The position numbers and the translations under genes were made by a program. This document shows positions 18,121-28,006 of a DNA stretch of 64,000 bases, in pieces. The notes below the pieces were generated by a model. That model ran no database searches, was not told the DNA's origin, and worked only from the letters and a program-made list of their open reading frames with translations. The DNA is from Eubacteriales bacterium (GTDB taxonomy: Bacteria; Bacillota; Clostridia; Lachnospirales; Lachnospiraceae), in the NCBI GenBank assembly GCA_030524545.1, contig JAUNGM010000020.1:17884-81883 (forward strand). Reading direction: 5' to 3'. Within the stretch, counting starts at the first letter, position 1; each line of letters starts with the position of its first letter.

Positions 18121-19626
18121 ATGGGACTGATCGGAAATATTTACAGAGTTGTCGTGGCGGATGACGAACCCATGGCAGTAAGGGGAATCTGCCGTATCAT
18201 AGAGACGCACAGCCCGGAATTTGAAGTAGTGGGTACGGCTGAAAACGGGCAGGAGGCCCTGGAAATTATTGAGAAGACTTTACCGGACCTGGTTCTGACA
18301 GATATCGCTATGCCCCTGATGAATGGACTGGAGCTGGTACGCCAGGCCAGTACAAAGGTACCGGATCTGTGCTTTGTGATCATAAGCGGGTATCAGGATT
18401 TTGAATATGTAAGGGATGCGATACGAAACGGAGTCCTGGATTATCTGACAAAGCCCATTGTTCCATCCCAGATGCTGCCTACCATGAAAAATGTGGAGGA
18501 GAAGCTTCGGAGATTTTATTATAGCAGAAGAAATGGAATTCTTCGGAAAATCTGTATGGGAGAAACCGTTACGCAGGGGGAGGTTTGTAAATTCTTTCCC
18601 CATAAAGAATTTTACGCGGCTCTCCTGCGGGAAAACGGGCTGCCAAGAAGATACTCTCCCGGCAGGGAAACGGAGCTGTACGGAACGATTGATGAAACGT
18701 ATTCCGTATATGGACGGGATAACATGGAAGAATTATTTTTAATTCCCAAGGAAATGCTGGGCGGACAGTCTCTCATTGATTATATGATAAAGGTAGAACT
18801 GCGTCAGAAAACAGAGGGATCCTATACAACGCTTTTATACTATGGAAACGCTTTTTCCGTATCGGAGATATCAGGAAAAATCAGGGATATGTACTTCTGG
18901 CTGAATACGCTGAGTACGGTGGGATTTTCCCAGGCAGTTGACCTGGACAAAAAGCAGCTTCTTTCCAAAAGGCTTCCGACACCGGATACTACGGAGCTTT
19001 CCGGCCTGCTGCAGGAGCTGGAGCAGTATGCCAAGATGGGGCGGTACGACCAGCTTCAGAAGTGCATTGCAAAGGCATTTGCGCAGTGGGAGCAGGAGAG
19101 ACGGCCTCAGCTCTGGCTGGAGCATTCCTCTAGGCGGATCCTGAATTTTATCCGGATGCAGACAGGAGATGAGGAATCACTGATCGAGAGCGAGTATCAG
19201 CTTGAAGATATTTTTTATTACGCCACCAGTATGGAAATGCTGTGGAATAACCTTCAGTCCATTCTTTTCCGGTTCGGAGAGAGGGAAAAGGAGAAACCCA
19301 AGGTGGACTCACCGGAATTTTTCGGGAATATCGAAAAATATTTAAAGGAACATCTGTCAGAGCCCTTATCCCTGCAGGAACTGTCGGAGTTGTTTGCGAT
19401 TTCACAGGCTTATATGAGCAAGCTGTTCCGCAAATATACCGGACAGACCTATAATCAGTATCTGACAGGAATCCGTATGGAGCGGGCCAAGCAGCTTATG
19501 AAGGAAAACAGTGAGCTGTTTGTAAAGGACATTGCAGAGATGGTCGGATACCGCGACCAGTTTTATTTCAGCCGGATTTTTCACTCTTACACGGGAAAAT
19601 GCCCGGCAGATTACCTGAATCAATAG
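18121..19626 (+). CDS. Response regulator with AraC-type HTH output (YesN-like)
   Basis: Receiver domain (VVVADDEP, LVLTDIAMP). C-terminal AraC HTH (FSRIFHSYTGKCPADY). Start at 18121 has better RBS spacing than 18112. Confidence 0.9.
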   Translation: MGLIGNIYRVVVADDEPMAVRGICRIIETHSPEFEVVGTAENGQEALEIIEKTLPDLVLTDIAMPLMNGLELVRQASTKVPDLCFVIISGYQDFEYVRDAIRNGVLDYLTKPIVPSQMLPTMKNVEEKLRRFYYSRRNGILRKICMGETVTQGEVCKFFPHKEFYAALLRENGLPRRYSPGRETELYGTIDETYSVYGRDNMEELFLIPKEMLGGQSLIDYMIKVELRQKTEGSYTTLLYYGNAFSVSEISGKIRDMYFWLNTLSTVGFSQAVDLDKKQLLSKRLPTPDTTELSGLLQELEQYAKMGRYDQLQKCIAKAFAQWEQERRPQLWLEHSSRRILNFIRMQTGDEESLIESEYQLEDIFYYATSMEMLWNNLQSILFRFGEREKEKPKVDSPEFFGNIEKYLKEHLSEPLSLQELSELFAISQAYMSKLFRKYTGQTYNQYLTGIRMERAKQLMKENSELFVKDIAEMVGYRDQFYFSRIFHSYTGKCPADYLNQ

Positions 19627-19739
19627 TTTCAGATTTTCAATAGTTTTGTTTTGAATCCTCCATGTACTTTTCATTTTTCAGCAGGTAAGATATAAGTACT
19701 TAAAGCTACGAAAAAGTGAAAAGTAAAAGGAGGATTTTT

Positions 19740-21029
19740 ATGAAGAAAAAAGCTTTATCAATGGTTCTCGCCGCTGCATTGGCAGTAGGTATGATTCCGG
19801 CTACGGTTGTTATGGCAGAAGAGGAAAAACCGTATGAGGGTGTTACACTGAATGTCTGGGCCGGCAACGCAGAGTACAATGAAGGAACGATCGCTGTTAT
19901 GGAAGCAGCTACCGAGAAACTGGGTATGGAGTTCCAGGTAGAAGTAAACCCGGGCGGTACGGAAGGAGATAACATTCTTAAGACAAGAATTGCATCTGCT
20001 GACCTTCCTGATCTGATGGCCTACAATTCCGGATCTAAATTGTATGACCTGAATCCGTCCCGTGCATTTCTGGATATTTCCGACTGGGACATCGTTGAAA
20101 AGTTTGATGATGCGTTCCTGAGCTCCGTTACGATCGACGGTGCAATATACGGTGCTCCGCAGTCTTCCACACAGGCAGGAGCAGTTATCTATTATAAACC
20201 GGATTATGAAGAATTAGGACTGGAAGTTCCGCATACATGGGACGAATTTGTTGCAAACTGCCAGGCACTTGCAGACGCAGGCAAGACCCCTGTTTATTTT
20301 ACAGGCGGCGAAACCTGGGCAACACAGGTTCTGTTCCTGGGCGATTACTATAATATCGCAGCAAAGAATCCAACCTTCGCAGATGATTATACAAACGGAA
20401 CCGCAAAATATGCAAGTGTTCCTGAGGCAACCAGAAGCTGGACAAAATATGAAGATCTGGTAGATTTCCTGAACGCTGACAAATCTGCAGCAACAGTTGT
20501 AGACGGAAACTTTGCACTTGCTACCGGCGAAGCAACTCACTGGTTCATTCTGACCCAGCAGCTTCCGCTGATCATTGCAGAGGCAGAAAACCCGGATGAT
20601 ATCGGCGTATTCGGTGTTCCCGGAGATGATGCGGACAACCACGGACTTACCGTATGGGAGCCAATGAGCTGGTATGTAAGCAAAGACAGTGAGAATGTTG
20701 ATGCTGTAAAAGCATTCCTGGATTTCTATTATACGGAAGAAGCACTGGATCTGTACTTTGGAACCTATGGCGCAAACGGACCTTCCTGTATCAAGGGTTA
20801 TGAGCTTCCGGAGTCTGTATGCAGTGCGGTACGTGTAGACATGCAGAAATACTTTGATGACGGAAAAACAGTTCCGGCTCTTGAGTACCAGTCTCCGATC
20901 AAAGGAACTACCTGTGAGCAGATGACCACTGCTGTGGGCCTTGGCCAGATGTCCGGTGAGGAAGCAGCCGCTGCTTATGATGACGACTGCAAGAAATCCG
21001 CAGTTCAGCTGGGCTACGATTGGGAATAA
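19740..21029 (+). CDS. Sugar ABC transporter substrate-binding protein (family 1 SBP)
   Basis: Signal peptide MKKKALSMVLAAALAVGM, SBP_bac_1-like length. AAAGGAGG RBS. Confidence 0.9.
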   Translation: MKKKALSMVLAAALAVGMIPATVVMAEEEKPYEGVTLNVWAGNAEYNEGTIAVMEAATEKLGMEFQVEVNPGGTEGDNILKTRIASADLPDLMAYNSGSKLYDLNPSRAFLDISDWDIVEKFDDAFLSSVTIDGAIYGAPQSSTQAGAVIYYKPDYEELGLEVPHTWDEFVANCQALADAGKTPVYFTGGETWATQVLFLGDYYNIAAKNPTFADDYTNGTAKYASVPEATRSWTKYEDLVDFLNADKSAATVVDGNFALATGEATHWFILTQQLPLIIAEAENPDDIGVFGVPGDDADNHGLTVWEPMSWYVSKDSENVDAVKAFLDFYYTEEALDLYFGTYGANGPSCIKGYELPESVCSAVRVDMQKYFDDGKTVPALEYQSPIKGTTCEQMTTAVGLGQMSGEEAAAAYDDDCKKSAVQLGYDWE

Positions 21030-21082
21030 TGTTCTGATGAGATAGAGAATCCAAGCATTCGATATCTAAAGAAGGAATAATG

Positions 21083-21117
21083 TGGCCGCCTGGAAATGAC
21101 AGGCGGCCAATCTTTTA
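21083..21117 (+). terminator. Intra-operon hairpin (possible attenuator) between the SBP and permease genes
   Basis: TGGCCGCCT / AGGCGGCCA 9-bp stem followed by ATCTTTTA. Confidence 0.5.
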
Positions 21118-21131
21118 TAGGAGGTTCGATT

Positions 21132-22004
21132 ATGAAAACCAAAAAGGAACAAAGCTTATATCCCCTCTGGTTTCTTTTTCCGTCCCTGATTATCTTCGGT
21201 ATCTTTTTCCTGTGGCCGATAATATCTTCCCTGTATTACAGCCTGACTGTATGGAATTTTGATACGGCGAAATTCTGCGGACTTGATAACTACAAGCTCT
21301 TCTTTTCTGAGAAAGCCATGAGCTCTTCAGTAATACATACTCTGATTTATGCATTTGGAACCAGTGGTTTAAAGGTAATTCTTGCATTCTTTATCGCCAT
21401 TTTTCTGACCAGTAAGATTAAAACAAAGAACTTTATCCGCTCAGCGGTTTTCTTCCCGAATCTGGTTTCCATGATGGCGGTGGGCCTTACTTTTTCTTAT
21501 ATGATGCATCCCACAAAGGGACTTTTAAATGTGGTAATTCAGGCTTTAGGGGGAACTCCCATTGATTTCCTGGGCAACCCAAGTCTTGCTCTTTTCAGTA
21601 TTATCATGACGGATGTATGGAAAGGTCTTTCCATTTCTGTAGTTATCTATATTGCAGGAATCCAGTCCATTGACAAGACATATTATGAAGCGGCATCTAT
21701 TGACGGTGCGACCGGATGGCAGCAGTTAAAACATATAACACTTCCGCTGGTAGCTCCTTCTCAGAACTCGATCATTATTCTTTCCCTGATCGGCGGACTT
21801 CGTTCCTTCGACCTGATCTGGTCAATGACAGGAGGCGGCCCGGGCTTTGCAACAGATGTTCTGGCATCCGTTATTTACAAACAGTATGCAGCCGGCTTCT
21901 ATGGGCTTTCTACCGCAGGCAACGTAGTGATGCTGATCGTAATTTCGGCGATTGCGTTCCCGCTGCAGCATTTCCTGAATAAGAGAGAGGAGGCTATTCA
22001 ATAA
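21132..22004 (+). CDS. Carbohydrate ABC transporter permease (MalF/UgpA-like)
   Basis: Six-TM permease carrying the EAA-loop region (EAASIDGATGWQQLKHITLP). Confidence 0.9.
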   Translation: MKTKKEQSLYPLWFLFPSLIIFGIFFLWPIISSLYYSLTVWNFDTAKFCGLDNYKLFFSEKAMSSSVIHTLIYAFGTSGLKVILAFFIAIFLTSKIKTKNFIRSAVFFPNLVSMMAVGLTFSYMMHPTKGLLNVVIQALGGTPIDFLGNPSLALFSIIMTDVWKGLSISVVIYIAGIQSIDKTYYEAASIDGATGWQQLKHITLPLVAPSQNSIIILSLIGGLRSFDLIWSMTGGGPGFATDVLASVIYKQYAAGFYGLSTAGNVVMLIVISAIAFPLQHFLNKREEAIQ

Positions 22005-22834
22005 TGAAAAAACAAAAAAGACTCCTTCTCCTTGGAGATATCCTTGGAGTTGCCGTGACAGTTATTATTTTCCTGATCCCGTTCTATTTTATGTTTGTAC
22101 AGTCAATCAAATCAAAGGCTGAGGCAAACAGGCTGTCTATCAGCTGGCCGAGTGAAATTCATTTTGAGAACTATCTTGAGGTTTTCAGCCATGCAAATTA
22201 TCAGTTGGTGACAGCATTTAAAAACAGCGGAATCCTGACCCTCTTTACAGTACTCGGGCTTCTGCTGACTGCAGCAATGGCAGGTTATGTCATTCAGAGA
22301 AGACATGATAAGATTGTAGGCGGCATCCAGGCAGTGATCATGCTGGGCCTTATGATTCCTGCGGCAATCCTTCCGACCATTCATATGCTGCAGAGTATGC
22401 ATATTTATAAGACCATGTTCTCTATGGTCATGATCGAGATTGCATTGCAGACACCGTTTGCAGTTATGCTGTACCGCGGGTATATGGCTTCCATTCCGGT
22501 GGAACTGGAGGAAGCAGCCAGAATTGACGGATGCAACAGATGGCAGATTTTCCAGAAGATCATCTTTCCGCTGCTGAAACCGATCCAGGCTACATTGATC
22601 ATTTTGGTCGGTGTGCAGACATTTAACGATTTTACCAATCCTCTGTATTTCCTGCCCGGCTCCGAAAATACAACTGTTCAGCTTACGCTGTATAATTATA
22701 AGGGACAGCTTGCCAGCAGCTACAACCTGCTGTTTGCCGATATCATTGCGATCACGATTCCAATGCTGATCCTCTTCCTGATTTTCAATAAGAGAATCGT
22801 TGACGGTATGGTTGCAGGTTCTGTAAAAGGATGA
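22004..22834 (+). CDS. Carbohydrate ABC transporter permease (MalG/UgpE-like)
   Basis: EAA loop EEAARIDGCNRWQIFQKIIFP. Start overlaps the upstream stop. Confidence 0.9.
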   Translation: MKKQKRLLLLGDILGVAVTVIIFLIPFYFMFVQSIKSKAEANRLSISWPSEIHFENYLEVFSHANYQLVTAFKNSGILTLFTVLGLLLTAAMAGYVIQRRHDKIVGGIQAVIMLGLMIPAAILPTIHMLQSMHIYKTMFSMVMIEIALQTPFAVMLYRGYMASIPVELEEAARIDGCNRWQIFQKIIFPLLKPIQATLIILVGVQTFNDFTNPLYFLPGSENTTVQLTLYNYKGQLASSYNLLFADIIAITIPMLILFLIFNKRIVDGMVAGSVKG

Positions 22835-22912
22835 TGACAAACAGGGAATAGATTAGTATTATATTTATAGGGCACGGAGGATGGATAAGAAAAGATAGGA
22901 GAGACATATACC

Positions 22913-24709
22913 ATGAAATTTCGCAGTAGGATGATTCTTGCATATGCGACGGTAGCACTTCTGGTCAGCCTGGTACTTGGAATCGTTGTGGGCCAGAACA
23001 GCCTTCGCTATGAAACAAACAGCCAGAAAAACAATCTGCTGATTTCAGCAAAATCTTATGTCACTCAGATGGATGAAACGCTGGGAAGAATGGATGCGAT
23101 CATGCAGTATATCCTTTCGGATGCTGCTATGCTTGAAAGTATCACACTGCTGGCGAGTGCTCCGGAAGAAAATACGCCCATCCTGTATGTCCGAAATGCA
23201 GAATCAGCAATTCGTGTAGGGATATCTACATCATATATTATGAAAAATTCATACAGAACGGTGTTCTTTAATGAGGATTCATTTCTGGCCAGCAGTGTCA
23301 TATATACGCCGGATGCAGCCAAGTATGTGCCGAATCAGAGACTGAATTATGATTTCCGCCTGGAGGATATCCCTTATCTGGAGGAGGTCAGTGCAGCTCA
23401 GGGAAAATCCGTGATCGTGCCTGCACATATGGATCCATGGGGAGAAAACGGCAGTGTTTCCGTGTTTTCCCTGGCAAAGGAGCTGCGGGGAGAAGGAATG
23501 GGATTTCTGGAGGTTGAGAACCGTATGGACAGTCTTGAGCTTCTAGAAAAATCAGATCCGGATATACATTTTTTATTGATCGTAAACGGAGGCGACCTTC
23601 TTTATGCCAGTGATGAAAGCTACTTAAAAGAGCTGAAGGATAGTGACCGCAAGATGCTGAAAAACCTTCAGGAAGGAACTGTTCTCACAGAAAACGGGGA
23701 CATTTATGCAAAGGCTTCCTCAAAAGACTTTGATCTGACTGTGCTGGCTTATAAGCAGAGAAGCTTTCTGGAAGGGGGAAGACGGAGGATTTTCCTTCTG
23801 GCTTTTTTGGCGGCAATGGTGGTATTTGGGGTCAGCCTGGTCTTCATCATTTTCTGGTCAAGCATCCTGACCATACCGATGAAGCGTCTGCAGGAAGTGG
23901 TAGAAAATACAAATATCGAAAACCTGCAGGATCACCAGCGCCTGGAAGAAGCCGGAGGCCCGGATGAGTTTCAGGAACTGATCCATTCCTTCCAGACAAT
24001 GACAGCACGTCTGAATACCGCGCTGCAGAACGAAAAGAGAGCGGCAATGCTGCAGCTTCAGGCACAGTTTGATACATTGCAGACCCAGGTGAATCCGCAT
24101 TTTATTTATAATGTTTTGAATATCATCTCTTCCCATGCAGTGATGGACAATGATGAGGTGATCTGTGAGATGTGCGGATCTCTCGGAAATATGCTCCGTT
24201 ATTCCACGAATAATAAAGAGCGTTATGCACCTGTGGAAAAGGAACTGGAATATCTCAACAGTTATTTCTATCTTTTGAAGGCACGTTATGAGAACCGTCT
24301 GGAGGTCAGTATCGACATCGACAAACGGATCGGAAAGCAGATCATTCCGAAAATGACCCTGCAGCAGTTGGTGGAAAACTGTGTGAAGCATGGATTTCAT
24401 GATACGGATGGCTGCATGCATATTTCGGTGACAGGCAAGGTACTGGATGATCGGTGGATTATCCGGATTCAGGATAATGGCTCCGGTATCCCTCAGCAGA
24501 CTCTCAGCAAAATATGGGAAAATCTTTCGGAAGTCAGGGAAGAGATCCTGGAACGGTCAATGCCTGTGGAGATGGAAATCGGAGGAATGGGAATTGCCAA
24601 TACTTATGCCAGATGTCTGCTGCTGTATCATGAGGATTTTATCTTTGAGATGGAGAATGTATCTGACGGCCAGGGATTTGTGGTGACGGTCGGCCAGAAA
24701 AGAATGTGA
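22913..24709 (+). CDS. Sensor histidine kinase (YesM-like; HAMP, His_kinase, HATPase)
   Basis: QVNPHFIYNVLN phospho-acceptor region, N-box and G-box (QDNGSGI), two TM segments flanking a sensor domain. Confidence 0.9.
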   Translation: MKFRSRMILAYATVALLVSLVLGIVVGQNSLRYETNSQKNNLLISAKSYVTQMDETLGRMDAIMQYILSDAAMLESITLLASAPEENTPILYVRNAESAIRVGISTSYIMKNSYRTVFFNEDSFLASSVIYTPDAAKYVPNQRLNYDFRLEDIPYLEEVSAAQGKSVIVPAHMDPWGENGSVSVFSLAKELRGEGMGFLEVENRMDSLELLEKSDPDIHFLLIVNGGDLLYASDESYLKELKDSDRKMLKNLQEGTVLTENGDIYAKASSKDFDLTVLAYKQRSFLEGGRRRIFLLAFLAAMVVFGVSLVFIIFWSSILTIPMKRLQEVVENTNIENLQDHQRLEEAGGPDEFQELIHSFQTMTARLNTALQNEKRAAMLQLQAQFDTLQTQVNPHFIYNVLNIISSHAVMDNDEVICEMCGSLGNMLRYSTNNKERYAPVEKELEYLNSYFYLLKARYENRLEVSIDIDKRIGKQIIPKMTLQQLVENCVKHGFHDTDGCMHISVTGKVLDDRWIIRIQDNGSGIPQQTLSKIWENLSEVREEILERSMPVEMEIGGMGIANTYARCLLLYHEDFIFEMENVSDGQGFVVTVGQKRM

Positions 24710-24829
24710 GATACTCAAAACAGAAAGGGCTTCCTGTAGGATTGGCCGGGCATTCACAATATGTGGATGTTCCGGCCTTTATATTATAGGCCTTTAAATT
24801 ATAGAAGGGGATTTATAAAAAAACTGTGG

Positions 24830-24855
24830 TATCTTATATTAAGATATGGTAAAAT
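24830..24855 (+). promoter_or_regulatory. Palindrome TATCTTA-tat-TAAGATA abutting an extended -10 (TGgTAAAAT), upstream of the Na/Pi transporter gene
   Basis: Read directly. The function (operator overlapping the promoter) is inferred. Confidence 0.35.
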
Positions 24856-24935
24856 TTATGTTAAATGCGGGTTAAATACCTCCGTGTTGTGAGATAAAAC
24901 TACAAAAGAGAAATGGTAAGGTTGAGCAGACGGCT

Positions 24936-26732
24936 ATGAATATTTTTAATGTGATTTCTATTTTGGGCGGCCTGTCTATGTTCCTCTTTGGGATGCGTAT
25001 GATGGGAGATGGATTGAAGGAAAGTTCCTCAGGAACCTTAAAGAAAGCGATGGAAAAACTTACCAGCACCCCTGTGAAGGCTTTTGTCATGGGATTGGTA
25101 ATGACTGCGCTTATTCAATCTTCAACAGCAACAATTGTTATTACGGCAGGACTTGTAGGAGCGGGAATCATACCCCTTAGTCAGTCCCTGGGAATTATTA
25201 TCGGAGCAAACGTTGGTACAACAGTTACCGGACAGATTATCAGGCTTTTGGATATCAATTCGTCAGGTGCTTCCTTTTTGCAGTTTTTAAAGCCATCGAC
25301 GCTGGCACCGCTTGCAATGATCATTGGTATTGTGCTGATCATGGGAAAGAGTTTCAGAGGATCTGAGAAAGTAGGGCGGATCATTATCGGCTTTGGTATT
25401 TTATTTTCAGGGCTTCTGAATATGACAGATGCTGTAAGCGGCCTGACAGAAAGCGGTATCATTGAGCGGCTGTTTTCCAATCTGGGACAGAATCCTCTGA
25501 TCGGCTATCTGGTCGGGGCAGGCGTGGCGTTTGTTTTGCAGAGTTCCTCTGCTACCATTGGTATTTTGCAGGCTTTTTCCACTTCGGGACAGCTTACGTT
25601 TGGTTCTATCTATGCTGTGCTGGTGGGAATCTATCTTGGTGACTGCGTAACAACTGCGATTGTCTGCAACATAGGGGCAAAACCTGATGCAAAAAGAGTC
25701 GGTGTTGTGAATATCCTGTTTAATTTGAGTGAGTCGGTCGTGGTTCTGACAGTTGTAACGTTCATTCATAAACTGGGGCTGCTGGATGGCATATGGAACA
25801 GTACGATTGATTCCGGCGGCATTGCGAATACGAATACGATTTTTAATCTGGCATGTGCGATTTTGCTGTTTCCGGCGCTGAAGTGTTACGAAAAACTCAG
25901 TCTCAAAATCGTGAAGGACGAATCTTCCGCTGCCGGCAAATATGATGAGATGCTGGACGCACTGAATCCGGTATTTGCCGGCACACCGGCTCTGGCACTT
26001 GCCCGTTGTTATGACGTGCTTCTGGTAATGTACGGAATGGCCCGAACCAATATTGACCGTGCATTTAATCTGGTTACGGAATATGATGAACAGATTGCAG
26101 CACAAATTATAGAAGATGAAAATTATATTGACATGATGGCAGACAGGGTTAGTAATTATCTGATTCAGATTTCTTCCCGAATCACTTCACCTATGCATAT
26201 AGAGATCATGAACCATTACTATTCGGGAATTACAGAATTTGAGCGTCTGGGAGATCATGCGGTAAATATTGCAGAGATCGCGGAGGATCTTAATAAAAAT
26301 GATACTGCTTTTTCTAAAGCTGCATTATCGGAGCTGAATGTACTGCAGGAATTGATTGACAGGATTCTGGATTATACACATGATGCATTTGAAAAAAGAG
26401 ATTTATCTGCAGCACGCCATATTGAGCCTCTGGAAGAAGTGGTAGATGATATGGTCGGTGTGCTCAATGACAATCATATGGATCGAATTCGGGAAGGAAC
26501 CTGCGGGGTATATGCCGGAACAGAGTTTTTAAATCTGCTTTCCGAGATAGAGCGTATTTCTGATATCTGCTCTAATGTGGGCGTGGCAACGGTAGCAAGG
26601 GTGCAGCCGGAGATTAAGCATCAGGTACATGATTATGTTTCCATGCTTCATTCCGGACGAGACGAAGGCTTCAACCGTGAATATCAGGAGGCACACGAAC
26701 GGTATTTCAGATTATTAAAGAATCATACATAA
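24936..26732 (+). CDS. Na/Pi cotransporter family protein with a C-terminal PhoU-like domain
   Basis: N-terminal LGGLSMFLFGMRMMGDGL and a duplicated NptA repeat. C-terminal PhoU-like helices. 598 aa. Confidence 0.88.
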   Translation: MNIFNVISILGGLSMFLFGMRMMGDGLKESSSGTLKKAMEKLTSTPVKAFVMGLVMTALIQSSTATIVITAGLVGAGIIPLSQSLGIIIGANVGTTVTGQIIRLLDINSSGASFLQFLKPSTLAPLAMIIGIVLIMGKSFRGSEKVGRIIIGFGILFSGLLNMTDAVSGLTESGIIERLFSNLGQNPLIGYLVGAGVAFVLQSSSATIGILQAFSTSGQLTFGSIYAVLVGIYLGDCVTTAIVCNIGAKPDAKRVGVVNILFNLSESVVVLTVVTFIHKLGLLDGIWNSTIDSGGIANTNTIFNLACAILLFPALKCYEKLSLKIVKDESSAAGKYDEMLDALNPVFAGTPALALARCYDVLLVMYGMARTNIDRAFNLVTEYDEQIAAQIIEDENYIDMMADRVSNYLIQISSRITSPMHIEIMNHYYSGITEFERLGDHAVNIAEIAEDLNKNDTAFSKAALSELNVLQELIDRILDYTHDAFEKRDLSAARHIEPLEEVVDDMVGVLNDNHMDRIREGTCGVYAGTEFLNLLSEIERISDICSNVGVATVARVQPEIKHQVHDYVSMLHSGRDEGFNREYQEAHERYFRLLKNHT

Positions 26733-26751
26733 AATAGGGAGATTTGCCGGG

Positions 26752-26793
26752 GCTGCTGTACTTTAATGAAAATTATAGTGCGGCAGCTTTTTT
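26752..26793 (+). terminator. Rho-independent terminator after the Na/Pi gene
   Basis: GCTGCTGTAC / GTGCGGCAGC stem (two G-U pairs) followed by TTTTTT. Confidence 0.6.
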
Positions 26794-26930
26794 CTGTGCG
26801 TATTTCGCATCATTTTGTGTTAAAGATGCGAATTTTTGGTGCTGTAAATCAGAAAAAGAGAGATGCGAGGGAATAATAGATTCATACAGTTCATAGCCTG
26901 TATAAATAGAACTTTGAACGGATGAAATAA

Positions 26931-27536
26931 ATGACATATTTATGGAGCGGAATGATTTTGATCGGAATAGTATACGGTGCTCTGACAGGGAACCTGAAGG
27001 AAGTGACGGAGGCAGCGGTTTCTTCTTCAAAGGAAGCGGTGAATCTGTGTATTGCAATGGCGGGAATCACAGCTTTGTGGACGGGAATTATGAAAATAGC
27101 AGAAAATGCAGGGCTGGTGGGGCAGCTTTCCAAAGGCCTCCGGCCGCTTCTGCGGCTTTTGTTTCCCAGGCTGCCTGTGGAGTCCGGAGCGTGCAGATAT
27201 ATCTCCCTGAATTTTTTGTCGAATTTCCTGGGGTTGGGATGGGCGGCGACGCCGGCAGGGCTGAAGGCTATGGAAAAATTAAGTGAATTGAATAAGGAGA
27301 ATTGCAAAAAATACGGAAGTTCGCCGTCGGCGGCAAGTAATGAGATGTGTACGTTTTTGATCTTGAATATCTCGTCACTGCAGTTGATTCCGGTAAATAT
27401 TATTGCTTACAGGAGCCAGTATGGGAGCGTGAATCCTGCGGCAATCGTGGGCCCGGGGATTTTGGCGACGGCGGTAAGTACGGGGGTGGCGGTTATCTTT
27501 TGTAAGGTGATGGATCGAAGAAGGCGGAGAGTGTGA
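26931..27536 (+). CDS. spmA: Spore maturation protein A (nucleoside-recognition/Gate domain)
   Basis: About 200-aa membrane protein with the characteristic MTYLWSGMILIG...ALWTGIMKIAE N-terminus. An spmB homolog lies downstream. Confidence 0.85.
   Translation: MTYLWSGMILIGIVYGALTGNLKEVTEAAVSSSKEAVNLCIAMAGITALWTGIMKIAENAGLVGQLSKGLRPLLRLLFPRLPVESGACRYISLNFLSNFLGLGWAATPAGLKAMEKLSELNKENCKKYGSSPSAASNEMCTFLILNISSLQLIPVNIIAYRSQYGSVNPAAIVGPGILATAVSTGVAVIFCKVMDRRRRRV
27428..27468 (+). repeat. Left copy of a 41-bp imperfect direct repeat (inside the spmA 3' coding region)
   Basis: 33/41 identical to 29388-29428 by hand alignment. Confidence 0.75.
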
Positions 27537-27551
27537 GTGCTCTCCGCTTTT
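27524..27551 (+). terminator. Terminator hairpin overlapping the spmA stop codon
   Basis: GCGGAGAG / CTCTCCGC 8-bp stem, 8-nt loop, TTTT. Confidence 0.7.
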
Positions 27552-27615
27552 GAGTTATTTCTAGTGCAAACAATTAAAAATTTTTAAGGAAATGGGTATC
27601 ATTTTACAAGATATA

Positions 27616-27624
27616 TGCTATAAT
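27616..27624 (+). promoter_or_regulatory. Extended -10 promoter element (TGcTATAAT) of the islet operon
   Basis: Read directly. The AAGGGAGG RBS follows at 27634-27641. Confidence 0.5.
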
Positions 27625-27649
27625 GATAATGAAAAGGGAGGTGCTTAGT

Positions 27650-28006
27650 ATGCTGTATATTGGTAAAGCGATGCAGGATAGAATGAATATATTAGGCTTA
27701 ACTGCAGATGAAGTGGCAGAAAAGGCCTTTGTGGAAAAAGAAACTATTGATGCAATTATACAGAACAAAATTGCGCTGGAAGAAATTGATGAATTTGATA
27801 TGTCTTTAATTTGCAGTATTTTACACTGTAAACCAGAATATTTTGCGGATGCAAATATGAAAGAAAAAGATTTGTTGATGGCATCTATGAATAGAGGTTT
27901 AGATAATAAAAAATCAATGGAAGTAAAAGCGAGGATTCAAGATTTTATGACTGATTTTGCTTTTATAAAGGATATTTTATTAGAGATGGGAGAGGTATAC
28001 TCATGA
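27650..28006 (+). CDS. Small XRE-like helix-turn-helix protein (118 aa), putative repressor/antitoxin
   Basis: N-terminal IGKAMQDRMNILGLTADEVAEKAFVEKETIDAIIQNK resembles the HTH_3/XRE pattern. ATG at 27650 lies 8 nt after GGAGG. The stop overlaps the next start (ATGA). Confidence 0.65.
   Translation: MLYIGKAMQDRMNILGLTADEVAEKAFVEKETIDAIIQNKIALEEIDEFDMSLICSILHCKPEYFADANMKEKDLLMASMNRGLDNKKSMEVKARIQDFMTDFAFIKDILLEMGEVYS

Noticed and set aside
26891-27307. Alternative-frame ORFs overlapping spmA (26942-27286 on the plus strand, 26891-27307 on the minus strand), and 30116-30520 overlapping spmB.
   Set aside because: The spmA/spmB frames give canonical Gate-domain membrane proteins. The alternatives are Gly/Arg-rich artefacts of the high local G+C.
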